Shown one piece after another: positions 48,301-57,400 of a stretch of 64,000 bases of DNA. Origin of the DNA: Candidatus Latescibacterota bacterium (GTDB lineage Bacteria; Latescibacterota; UBA2968; GCA-2709665); NCBI GenBank assembly GCA_963662665.2, contig CAXXJS010000005.1, positions 37,832 to 101,831 of the forward strand, in the 5' to 3' direction. A model generated the notes under the pieces. It did no database searches, was not told the origin of the DNA, and worked only from the letters and a program-made list of their open reading frames with translations. Made by a program: the position numbers and the translations under genes. The first letter of the stretch is position 1; the number at the start of each line of letters is the position of its first letter.

Positions 48301-49924
48301 AGGCGGCCAGTTCCGCGTTCAGGTCCAGCACGCGGTCCCATGTCTCGGCCACGGCGGCCGGGTCGTCCAGGCCGCGAACCTCGCGCGCGTCCGTGGTGAC
48401 GATCATGTTTCGTCCGGCGATCTCCGCCCACGGGCCGGGCGCATGTCGGATTTCGTTGCGCCAGGCGGCCGGGTCCGTCTCGCCCAGCACGAACAGGGGC
48501 GCCGCCACGGCGCCTGCGACGGTGACGGGGATCCTTCCGAGGTTAGCGTTGAGCGGAACCTCGATGTAGATCAGGCCGCCGAACGCATTGGCGACCGGGG
48601 TCGTGGCCTTAGAGACGGGGAAACGCCGGCTGATCACCGGCATGCGCGTCCACTCGGCACTATTCCAGATTTCTTCACTGTGGGCGCCCACGTGCACGCC
48701 GAGGCCGCCATTTCGCACGACAGCGGCCGGCATGGTCACCGTGACCGGTTCCCCCGGCGCGGCGTAAAGCCCCGTGGAGTGCCAGCGGTCCTTGCTCCGC
48801 TCTGACCAGGGGCTCGTGGCGTGCCCGACAGGTTCGGAGGCGTCTATGGTGAGCGTGCGCGTGAGGCGCGGGGCATCGGCCGGGACCGATCCGGGGAAGT
48901 CCGCGGCCGCGGGATGCGCCCGCACGAACTCGGGCGGGGCGCGGAGATGCTCCGTCACGAAAAGCGTGGCAGCCAGGCGGTCAACTAGATCGCTCTCCCC
49001 CACCGGGTGATCGGCCGAGGGCCACCGGCGCGCGCTACTCTCAAGCAGCGCGCGCAGGCGCGGCGCTATAAGCATATCGTCGGGTGGCAGTGAGCGGAGG
49101 GCGCTTGACAGGGTGTACGTTGCCTGTGCGACGTCCGTGGGGATCAGGGCGTTCGCCTGGACCGCATCGAGCGCCTTGCCGACGTGTGTCAACTCATGTG
49201 GAGGCCCATCGACCGTGAAGCCCAGCGGCGACGTGCGATCAAGGGTTAACCCGGTCCATTGGATGCCGGCGGGCGCAAGCAACCGGTTGCCGGCAAAGTC
49301 GCCGGCCAGATCCAGGTCCGGGTACCGTTCAGCCCACCACCATCCGGCGGACTGCGCCACCAGACCGCCGCCGGCGCGTACGAACGCCGAAAGCGCTGCG
49401 ACCTCCAACTCGCTCTGATCCCACATGGTCACGGCCACGACGTCGACCGTCCGTAGAGACGCGGACGTGAGTGCCGTCTGGACGACATCGTAGCCGGCCT
49501 GCATCAGCCATCGCCGCAGTTCTTTATTCCCTTCCACGCCGATGCGGGGACGTGAGGGTCCTGGCATCCCGGCCGCCCAATGCAGCGCGTTCTTCATCAG
49601 TCTACCGTTGTTTGCCGTCTCAAGTGTGGTTTGCAAGAACAAATCGCCCAAAGAACCGGCTGCAACCACCCGGCCGGCCTCCATGCTTGCAGCAGCGACA
49701 ACCGGCGCACGTACTCCGTCCTCGGACGCCTTGACGGCGCCTACGATCACCGGGAAGGCCTCGCGCCCGTAAACGCACAGGGCGCCAGGTACACCCGGCG
49801 CCACTGCGACCTCCGCCACGCCGTCGAGCAGGATAGGCAGGTCATCTTCGCCTGCAACGGCCGGCAGCGCCGTTCCCAAAATAAGCAGCGACGTTGCGAT
49901 TCTTGTGATGTTCAAAGGGGGCAT
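45332..49924 (-). CDS. M60-like (enhancin/TCAF-type) peptidase + Big_1 + WD40 repeats + dockerin
   Basis: WHSTGLYAAPGE, FGGLIYI, PWAEI, WGIFHEVGHNHQ..TLEVVVN; about two propellers' worth of GH..V..V.FSPDG..LASG..D.TV.LWD. Confidence 0.9.
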   Translation of the reverse strand: MPPLNITRIATSLLILGTALPAVAGEDDLPILLDGVAEVAVAPGVPGALCVYGREAFPVIVGAVKASEDGVRAPVVAAASMEAGRVVAAGSLGDLFLQTTLETANNGRLMKNALHWAAGMPGPSRPRIGVEGNKELRRWLMQAGYDVVQTALTSASLRTVDVVAVTMWDQSELEVAALSAFVRAGGGLVAQSAGWWWAERYPDLDLAGDFAGNRLLAPAGIQWTGLTLDRTSPLGFTVDGPPHELTHVGKALDAVQANALIPTDVAQATYTLSSALRSLPPDDMLIAPRLRALLESSARRWPSADHPVGESDLVDRLAATLFVTEHLRAPPEFVRAHPAAADFPGSVPADAPRLTRTLTIDASEPVGHATSPWSERSKDRWHSTGLYAAPGEPVTVTMPAAVVRNGGLGVHVGAHSEEIWNSAEWTRMPVISRRFPVSKATTPVANAFGGLIYIEVPLNANLGRIPVTVAGAVAAPLFVLGETDPAAWRNEIRHAPGPWAEIAGRNMIVTTDAREVRGLDDPAAVAETWDRVLDLNAELAAWPSPARLRPERFVVDRQLFNSQGEMVYMEAGYPIEAHLDQQANVVDVDHMRTQGNWGIFHEVGHNHQSSDWTFDGTLEVVVNLFTLYVYEFLCGIPVAEAYHQWVDVRRREMIARYDFENPDFELWKREHALALLMYVQLQEAFGWNAYRQVFATYRALPDAERPKSDDEKRDQWLVRFSRQVGRNLGPFFEAWGVPTSQAARVSIADMPVWLPPESPSRLEIISGDGQQGAPGEALAQPLIVEVRDQYGNPLPDAGVTFKVTAGEGKLSGRFTVQQATTDASGRAGLPLTLGLHPGSNTVVVSISGRELATFKAQGVGTAVAELNGDYRTWHLPAAATVRLGKGALGQSDRAVALSADGRCLAVASDIGVWLYESATSRALALLSTESPVQSVAFSLDGTLASGLDNGTVELWNVETGRSIGTLRHADWGRVTAVVFSRDGTTLATGSREQVIKMWDVETRSVVGTWEVPREDNLLWSLSVAFSPDGSTLVSGFQDGTVRLWDVATQTEVATLEGHTDRVTSVSFSPDGSLLASGGGRKDPTVRLWDVETRTEVATLRGHTGAVLSVSFSPDGAALASGSRDGTVQLWDPTTQENVANYEENGDEVSSVTFSPDGANLVSGATDGTVLLRDLKTGNAAGMSGHRSLSSMAFSPDGTFLASGYKEGTVRLWDATTGAVIATLNGHTHEVNSMSFSPDDALLASGSGDRTVRLWDVGTQDLIGTLEGHSEVFVVSFSPDGARLASGSPDRTVKLWDVTTRELIDTLEGHTEAVYGVSFSHDSAILASAGGADKTVKLWDVRTRNLIETLEGHQSPVDALSFSPDGRILASGSHHTLKLWKTGTWEPIGAVEGRAAALSFSHDGTILAIGSSGDVRLWNVASNRLISTLEGHTQSVHTVAISHDGATLATGASDGTMLLWDIAHILAPSIANPDFDGDGTVGFGDFVQFAAQFGLSQDDDGFDARFDLDSNGAIGFSDFLIFAGAFGKEAT

Positions 49925-50006
49925 GTTCAAGATTTCCACTTGTGGTATCGAACAGCAGATGTGGTGGGTGTCAACACAGCCGTCAGGCGTTCGCGGAAAT
50001 TTCGTC

Positions 50007-53000
50007 TCACGAGGTGCTTTTACCAAACGCGCCGGCGAAGATCAGAAAGTCGCCGAACCCGATGGCGCCATTGCCGTCCAAGTCGAATCGAGCGTCGAAT
50101 CCGTCGTCGTCCTGGCTCAACCCAAACTTTCCCGCGAACTGAACGAAGTCGCCGAAACCGACGGTCCCATCACCGTCGAAGTCCGGGTTCGGAATTGGGG
50201 GTGAGCGTTGCTGCTCAACATCCCACAGCAACATCGTGCCGTCCGATGCGCCGGTGGCGAGGACGTTGCCGTCATCTGAAAAAGCGACCGAATGGACCGA
50301 ACGCGTATGACCCTCCAGGGCGGCGATCTGTTCGCGGGTCTCCACGTCCCACAACGTTGCCCCGCCCCATGTACCGGTAGCCAGCGTTGTCCCGTCCGTA
50401 GAAAACGCCAACGAAAATACAGAACGCGAATTGTTCAGTGTGGCACGCCGTTGTCGCGCATCCACGTCCCACAACGCGACCCCGTCTCGCGACCCGGATG
50501 CCAGGAAGGCGTCGTCAGGTGAAAACTCCACGGCGTTGACTGAACCCGTATGTCCTTCCAGGATACCGATCACTTCCCGCGTCCCGACGTTCCATAGTCT
50601 GACAGTCTTGTCGTCATAGCCTCCTCCCGACGCCAGGAGGTCGCCAAGGGACGAGAATGCTACCGAACGGACTTCATTCGTGTGCCCCTCAAGAACCCCG
50701 ATCAACTCACGCGCCCTCACGTCCCAAAGCCTCACCGTGGCATCCCTCCATCCCCCTGCCGACGCCAGAAAAGAGCCATCCGGCGAAAACGTCACGGACC
50801 TGACGCCGCGTGTATGCCCTTCCAGGGTCCCGACCAGTTCTCCGGTCCTCACGTCCCATAGCATGACGGTACGGTCCCCCGACCCGGATGCGAGAAGGAC
50901 ACCATCGGTAGAAAACGACACGTCACTGACCCCGGACGTATGCCCTTTAAGAGTGGCAATTCTTGCCATTGTAACCGCGTCCCACAGCCTGATCGTTCCG
51001 TCCGGATAACCAGCGGCAAGAATGGCGCCATCCGGCGAAAACGCCGTCGAGTTCAAGGATGTATGGCCGGAGAGACCTGCAGCATTGCCCGTCTCCAGAT
51101 CCCGCAGCAGCACCCTGCCGTCGGCAGCTCCCGATATCAGGGTCACGCGATCAGGCGAGAACGTCACCGAATGGACTCCGGCTCCATGCCTCTCCAGGAC
51201 AGCCACTTCCTCGTATGTAGCCACGTCCCAGAGTCGAACCGTTCGGTCAGATGACCCTGAAGCGAGGGTGGCGCCGTTGTGCGAAAACGACACCGAATTC
51301 ACCGTTCCTCTGTGTCCTTTGAGCGTGGCAACCTCTGTCCGTGTAGCCACGTCCCAAAGTCTGACGCTGGGATCGTCCCTCCCCCCGGCCGAAGCCAGCA
51401 AAGCCCCATCGGGAGAGAACGACACCGAAATAACCCAATGGGAATGCCCTTCCAGCGTGACCCTCTCCGTCTGATTCGCCATGTCCCATAACCTGACCGT
51501 ACCGTCCTGAAACCCGGAAACCAGCGTTGACCCATCCGGCGAAAAGGCTACCGATTGACCAGCGCCATGCCAATGGACTTCCGTCGGTACCTCCCAGGTG
51601 GCGTCCAAACGCCTGGTCGCTACATTCCACAGCTTGATTTCCTGCCTCCACCGGGAAGCCAACCGCGTCCCGTCCGGCGAAAAGACCACCGAAAGGCCGG
51701 TCCAACCTCCATGGTTCAGCGTGCCGATCCGCTCCCCCGTTCCCACCTCCCATAACTCAACCCGGCCGTTGTCCAGACCTGTAGCCAGGGTACCGTCGAG
51801 GGAAAACGCCACCGAATGGGCCGGACTCGCCGTCGGCAGCAGCGCCAGGGCCCGGGACGTAGACACTTCGTACAGCCACACGCCAATGGCGCTGGCTAAC
51901 GCCAGACAGCGGCCGTCCGAAGAAAGGGCCACTGCCCGGTCGCTTTCTCCCATGGCGCCCTTGCCCAGCCGCACCGTCGCCGCACCGGGCAGATGCCACA
52001 TCCGGTAGTCCCCCTCCAACTCGGCCACGGCCGCGCCCACCCCCTCCGCGGCAAACGCCGCCAGCTCGCGGCCTCCGAGGGATACGCCGACGCTGTTGGG
52101 CCCCGGATTGGGTCCCAGCGTAAGGGTCAGTTCCGCCCGGCCGTCGGCGCCGGTAGTGGTATGCTCCACCAAAAAGCGGCCGCCGAGCTTGCCCTCGCCG
52201 GCCGTGACCGTGAAGGTGACGCCCGCATCCGGCATTGGACTGCCGTATTGGTCCCGCACTTCCACCACCAATGGTTGACCCAGCGGCGCCCCCGGCGTGC
52301 CCTGCTGGCCGTCGCCGGAGAGGATCTCCAACGCGAAAGGACGGGGCCCTGACCACTCCGATACGTCCCAAAGCGTGATCGTGCCGTACGACCACGATCC
52401 GGCGGCGAGAATTGCGCCGTCGGGCGAAAAGGACAACTTCGAACTGTGAAATGCATCTGGCAGTGTGACGATCTGTCTTCCCGTCCCGACCTCCCACAGT
52501 GTGATCGGCCCTGAAAAGCAAGCCAGGATGGCGCCATCGGGCGACAACGCGAAGCTCCAGCCCTCAAAGGCCGCTATCGGTTTCCGACTCTCCACGTCCC
52601 ACAGCGTGACCTGGGCATCTGGCCACGACGCCCAGATGAGGCTCTTCCCATCGGGCGAAAACGCTACCTGCTCTACCGCCCCCCGTGTACGCTCAGGGAT
52701 TGTGATTTCTGCTCGGCTCTCCACGTCCCACAGCCTGACCGTAACTTCGTCGGTTTTCCAGGAATCGCCTGATCCGGAGGCGAGCAGCGTCCCGTCGGGC
52801 GAAAAAGCCACAGCATTGATCTGAGCCGCATGTCCTTCCAGGGTAACGATCTCTTGTCGGCTCTCCGCGCCCCACAACCTCACGGTTCGATCGTCGGCAC
52901 CGGACGCAAGGAGTGCGCCGTCGGGGGAAAACGCCACGGATCGGACTGAACGCGTATGCCCTTCGAAGGTGTCGATCAGCTCTCGGTTCCTTATGTCCCA

Positions 53001-54296
53001 CAGCTGGACCTCGAAACCCCGTGGCGAGGCGAGCAGGTCTCCCTCGGGCGAAAACGCAATCGCATCGCCCTCCGCGCCTTCCAACGTCCCGATCCGTTCG
53101 CGTGTGCTCACGTCCCACAGAATGAGCGAACCAGAACTCCACGGCCCGGCAGCCAGAATGGATTCGACGGGCGAAAACGCCACGGACCCGACGTGGTCCT
53201 CGTCACCCCTCAACGTCGCGATCTCATATGGCGAGTTTTCCGTAAGGAACGAATTCGTCTCGATCAGGTTCCCTTCTGCATCGACCGCGACGATGAGAAG
53301 GTGATGTCTGGTCTGATCGGAAAGGTTCGTAAATCCACCTTCCCAGAAGCTGCCGTCATAGTTGAATTCAATGACGGCCTCACTCTTGCCCGCCATACCG
53401 CGACACGGCTTCGCGTTGCCGATCAGCATTACCTGGTGAAGCCCCTCCGAATCCCTGACAACGAGTCGGACCGGGACACTTTTCGCTCCTGGCTGATATC
53501 TCGTGGGCGAAGTGATCTCGACGGTTGGTGCCTGTCCTCCTTCAGTTGGGACAGTCGGATTGAAGTATGAATGTGCGGACAGGAATTCGGCAGCGCACGC
53601 GGAAAGGACCCCGCGCTGATCAAATCCATACGACATGATGTACAGGTTGTCCCTGAAGTCATGATACAAGCCGAACGTATGTCCCAGTTCATGGGCCACC
53701 GTGAAGAAACTGAATCTGTCCGGCACCACCAGATAACCACCATTTTTCGTCCGCCGACGCCCCACACCGCCCGCAGGCTGACCATTTCCCTGACGAAGCG
53801 CATCTGTACCGAGTACGATGACGTAGATGTTCGCATCCAGATCGAAGGTCTGCTCGAGCTCGGCAACAACCGCGTTGCCGAGGGTATTGTCGTAGTGGCT
53901 GAAGGGATGCTGCCCATCGACGCGATGCACCAGTGGCTCGCTCGAGGCATCGGTCTCGATACCGAACGTCCAATCGCCGTAGCCGTGCGCTCGCATCTGC
54001 TCGCGATAGAAGGTTTGACTCTCCTTGATCACCGTCTTCATCGAATCCACCACCTCAGTACGGTACGGCCAGTCGTTCGGCAGGAAGTAGATCATCCGCA
54101 CCGTGCGCGGTTCGCCTACATTCAGATTCGCCGGGCGCTTGGCCGCGGGTTGCGGGTGGCCCCGTCGCCACTGCTGGTGTTCGTCGAAGGCGCAGAAATT
54201 CAAGCTGTCGACGGATGGGGAGGAAGCATGGGCCACCGACGAGAGGATCAGGCCAAGAAACACAATCGGGGCGGACCGAAGAAAACGAGATTTCAT
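50007..54296 (-). CDS. Metzincin-like peptidase + WD40 + Big_1 + WD40 + dockerin
   Basis: ATG 54296; HELGHTFGLYHD..IMSYG; WD40 repeats; twin EF-hand tail. Confidence 0.9.
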   Translation of the reverse strand: MKSRFLRSAPIVFLGLILSSVAHASSPSVDSLNFCAFDEHQQWRRGHPQPAAKRPANLNVGEPRTVRMIYFLPNDWPYRTEVVDSMKTVIKESQTFYREQMRAHGYGDWTFGIETDASSEPLVHRVDGQHPFSHYDNTLGNAVVAELEQTFDLDANIYVIVLGTDALRQGNGQPAGGVGRRRTKNGGYLVVPDRFSFFTVAHELGHTFGLYHDFRDNLYIMSYGFDQRGVLSACAAEFLSAHSYFNPTVPTEGGQAPTVEITSPTRYQPGAKSVPVRLVVRDSEGLHQVMLIGNAKPCRGMAGKSEAVIEFNYDGSFWEGGFTNLSDQTRHHLLIVAVDAEGNLIETNSFLTENSPYEIATLRGDEDHVGSVAFSPVESILAAGPWSSGSLILWDVSTRERIGTLEGAEGDAIAFSPEGDLLASPRGFEVQLWDIRNRELIDTFEGHTRSVRSVAFSPDGALLASGADDRTVRLWGAESRQEIVTLEGHAAQINAVAFSPDGTLLASGSGDSWKTDEVTVRLWDVESRAEITIPERTRGAVEQVAFSPDGKSLIWASWPDAQVTLWDVESRKPIAAFEGWSFALSPDGAILACFSGPITLWEVGTGRQIVTLPDAFHSSKLSFSPDGAILAAGSWSYGTITLWDVSEWSGPRPFALEILSGDGQQGTPGAPLGQPLVVEVRDQYGSPMPDAGVTFTVTAGEGKLGGRFLVEHTTTGADGRAELTLTLGPNPGPNSVGVSLGGRELAAFAAEGVGAAVAELEGDYRMWHLPGAATVRLGKGAMGESDRAVALSSDGRCLALASAIGVWLYEVSTSRALALLPTASPAHSVAFSLDGTLATGLDNGRVELWEVGTGERIGTLNHGGWTGLSVVFSPDGTRLASRWRQEIKLWNVATRRLDATWEVPTEVHWHGAGQSVAFSPDGSTLVSGFQDGTVRLWDMANQTERVTLEGHSHWVISVSFSPDGALLASAGGRDDPSVRLWDVATRTEVATLKGHRGTVNSVSFSHNGATLASGSSDRTVRLWDVATYEEVAVLERHGAGVHSVTFSPDRVTLISGAADGRVLLRDLETGNAAGLSGHTSLNSTAFSPDGAILAAGYPDGTIRLWDAVTMARIATLKGHTSGVSDVSFSTDGVLLASGSGDRTVMLWDVRTGELVGTLEGHTRGVRSVTFSPDGSFLASAGGWRDATVRLWDVRARELIGVLEGHTNEVRSVAFSSLGDLLASGGGYDDKTVRLWNVGTREVIGILEGHTGSVNAVEFSPDDAFLASGSRDGVALWDVDARQRRATLNNSRSVFSLAFSTDGTTLATGTWGGATLWDVETREQIAALEGHTRSVHSVAFSDDGNVLATGASDGTMLLWDVEQQRSPPIPNPDFDGDGTVGFGDFVQFAGKFGLSQDDDGFDARFDLDGNGAIGFGDFLIFAGAFGKSTS

Positions 54297-54454
54297 CGTG
54301 GTATCCTGCATTCTAAAAAAACCTGTCGCAATCTCTCGATCTCGGGACCTGCGAGTACCGCCGGCCAGAACGCCACGCCGCAGGAATGTTGTGGGTCTGA
54401 ACCCTACAAGCCTTATCAAACGTCATCGAATCGCGACAGTGTGGACTCTTCGTT

Positions 54455-57400
54455 TCACGAAGTGCTCTTGCCAAACGCGCCGGCAAAGATCAGAAAATCG
54501 CTGAACCCGATGGCTCCGTTCCCATCCAGATCGAACCGGGCGTCAAATCCGTCGTCGTCCTGGTTCAATCCAAACTGCGCCGCGAACTGCACAAAGTCGC
54601 TGAACCCGACGGTCCCGTCGCCGTCGAAGTCCGGGTTGGCGATAGAAGGTGCGAGGACCTGCGCGGCATCCCACAGCAGCATCGTGCCGTCCCTGGCCCC
54701 GGAGATCAGGGTGGCGCCGTCGGGCGAAAACGCCAACGAACGGACCAAGTCTCTGTGACCCTCGAGGCGCGCAGCAATGGCCTCCTCCGCCACGTCCCAC
54801 AGGAGCACCTTGCCGTCCCTCAATCCGGAAGCCAGGAAGGCGCCGTCGGGGGAAAACGTCACCGAATAGCTATCAACCCAGTCCCTTCCCAGCGTAGCGA
54901 TGAGTTCTCGTTTTCCAACGTCCCACAGGCTCACCGACCCTTCATGCCGCCCGGCCGAAGCCAGGAGGGCGCCATCGGGCGAAAACGACAGCGAATGGAC
55001 ACCGCCGGTGTGCCCTTCGAGGATGCCGATCAGTTCTCGTTTTCCAACGTCCCACAGTCTCACCGACCCATCCTCCCACCCTCCGGCCGAAGCCAGGAGG
55101 GCGCCGTCGGGCGAAAACGACACCGAATGGACACTGCCGGTGTGCCCTTCGAGGATGCCGATCAGTTCTCGTTTTCCAACGTCCCACAGTCTCACCGACC
55201 CATCCTCCCACCCTCCGGCCGAAGCCAGGAGGGCGCCGTCGGGCGAAAACGACACCGAAGAGACTTCCTCCGTGTGCCCTCTCAAAGTCTCGACCAGTTT
55301 TCGGGTCGTCACGTCCCACAGCCTGACGGTTGGATCTTCCCAGTCGCCGGCCGAAGCCAGGAGGGCGCCGTCGGGCGAAAACGACACCGAAAGGACACTG
55401 CCAGTGTGCCCTTCCAAAGTCTCGACCAGTTTTCGGGTCTTTATGTCCCATAGCTTGACGGTTGGATCATCCGAGCCGCCGGCCGAAGCCAGAACAGCGC
55501 CGTCAGGCGACAGCGACATTGAGGACAGGGACCCATGACCGGAGAGTCCGGCGGCACTGCCCGTCTTCTCGTCTCGCGGCATCACCGTGCCGTCGGCCGC
55601 CCCGGAGACCAGGGTGGCGCCATCGCCGGAAAACATCACCGAACGTATTCCGGCAACGTGCTCTTCCAGGATGGCCACTTCCTCGTGTGCAGCCACGTCC
55701 CACAGTCGGACCGTGTTATCCGTCGAACCGGCCGCCACTAGAGCGCCATCAGGCGAAGAAAAAGACACCGACTTGATCTCCGAGTGTATGGGTCCTCGCA
55801 ATATCGCGACCTGTCTCTGTGTTGCCGCGTCCCACAGCCGGACCGTGGGATCATGGTACGACCCACCTGAAGCCAGGAGGGCGCCATCGGGCGAAAACGC
55901 CACCGAAGCGACCCGAGTCGTGTGCCCTTCCAGCCGGGCCACTTCCGTCTGTGTGGCCAGGTCCCACAGTCGGACCGTGGAGTCCAATGTATTCGAGGCC
56001 AGCCTAGTCCCATCCGGCGAAAAGACCACCGAGGTAGGCCAGACAAATTCCGTGTCCGGCACCTCCCAGGTGGCGACTTCACGTCTGGTCTCCACGTCCC
56101 ACAGCCTGATCCGCCTCGAAGACCCGGAAGCCAGCTTCGTCCCGTCCGGCGAGAACACGACCGTGACTCCTCTCCACCATTCCGCATGCCTCAGGATGCC
56201 GACCCGCTCCCCGGTCGCCACCTTCCATAGCTCGACTCGGCCGTCTTCCCACCCCGTCGTCCCCACAGCCAGGGTGCCGTCCTGGGACCACGCCACGGAT
56301 TGGACCGGACCCGCACTCGGCAGCAGCGCCAGGAGACGGGTTGTGGCCGCCTCGTACAACCACACGCCGATGCCGCTGGCCACGGCCAGACAGCGGCCGT
56401 CGCCCGAAAGCGCCACCGCCCGGTCGCTTTCCCCCAGACCGCCCTTGCCCAGGCGCACCGTGGCGCCAGCGGGCAGATGCCAGGTGCGGTAGTCCCCCGC
56501 TAGCTCGGCCACGGCGGTGCCCACGCCCTCGGCGGCAAACGTTGCCAGCTTGCGCCCGCTGAGGGACACTTTCACCACGTTCAGCCCCGGATGCGGACCC
56601 AGGGTAAGGGTCAGCTCTGCCCGGCCGTCGGCATCGGTCGTGGCATGCTCCACCGTGAAGCGGCCGCTGAGCTTGCCGTCGCCGGCGGTGACCGTGAAGG
56701 TGACGGACGCATCCGGCAACAGATCGCCGTACTGGTCCCTCACTTCCACCACCAGGAGCTGGGCTAGTGCCGCCCCGGGTGGGCCCTGCTGGCCGTCGCC
56801 GGAGACGACCTCCAGCGCGAACGGACGGGGTTCGGCCCACTCGGACACGTCCCACAGGGTGATCGTGCCATCCCTCCACGACCCGGAAGCGAGTATGGTC
56901 CCATCGGGTGATAACGACATCGAATGGACGTCGGGCGATGCACCTGCTAGCGTGGTCAACACTTTACGGGTCGCTACGTCCCAAAGCGTGATCGCGCCAT
57001 ATCGTGCATAAAACAGGGTGCTCCCGCCGGGCGAATACGACACCGGCGAACCCCCATTGTAAAGGTTCGCGACCTCTTTCCGGCTGGTCACGTCCCAAAG
57101 TGTGACGCCGTAGGATCCCGCACCGGCCAGGGTGGTCCCATCGGGCGAAAACGCCACCGACCGGATCCCACTTGTATGTCCTTCCAGGGTAACGATCTCT
57201 CTTCGACTCGCGACGTCCCATAGCTTGACCGTGCTATCGACCGACCCCGAGGCGAGAAGGGCGCCACCAGGCGAAAACGACACCGAAGCGATCCGGCCCG
57301 TATGCCCTGTCAGGGTAGCGATTTCTGTTCGGCTCGCGACGTCCCATAGCTTGACCGTGCTATCGGCCGACCCCGAGGCGAGCAGGGCGCCGCCAGGCGA

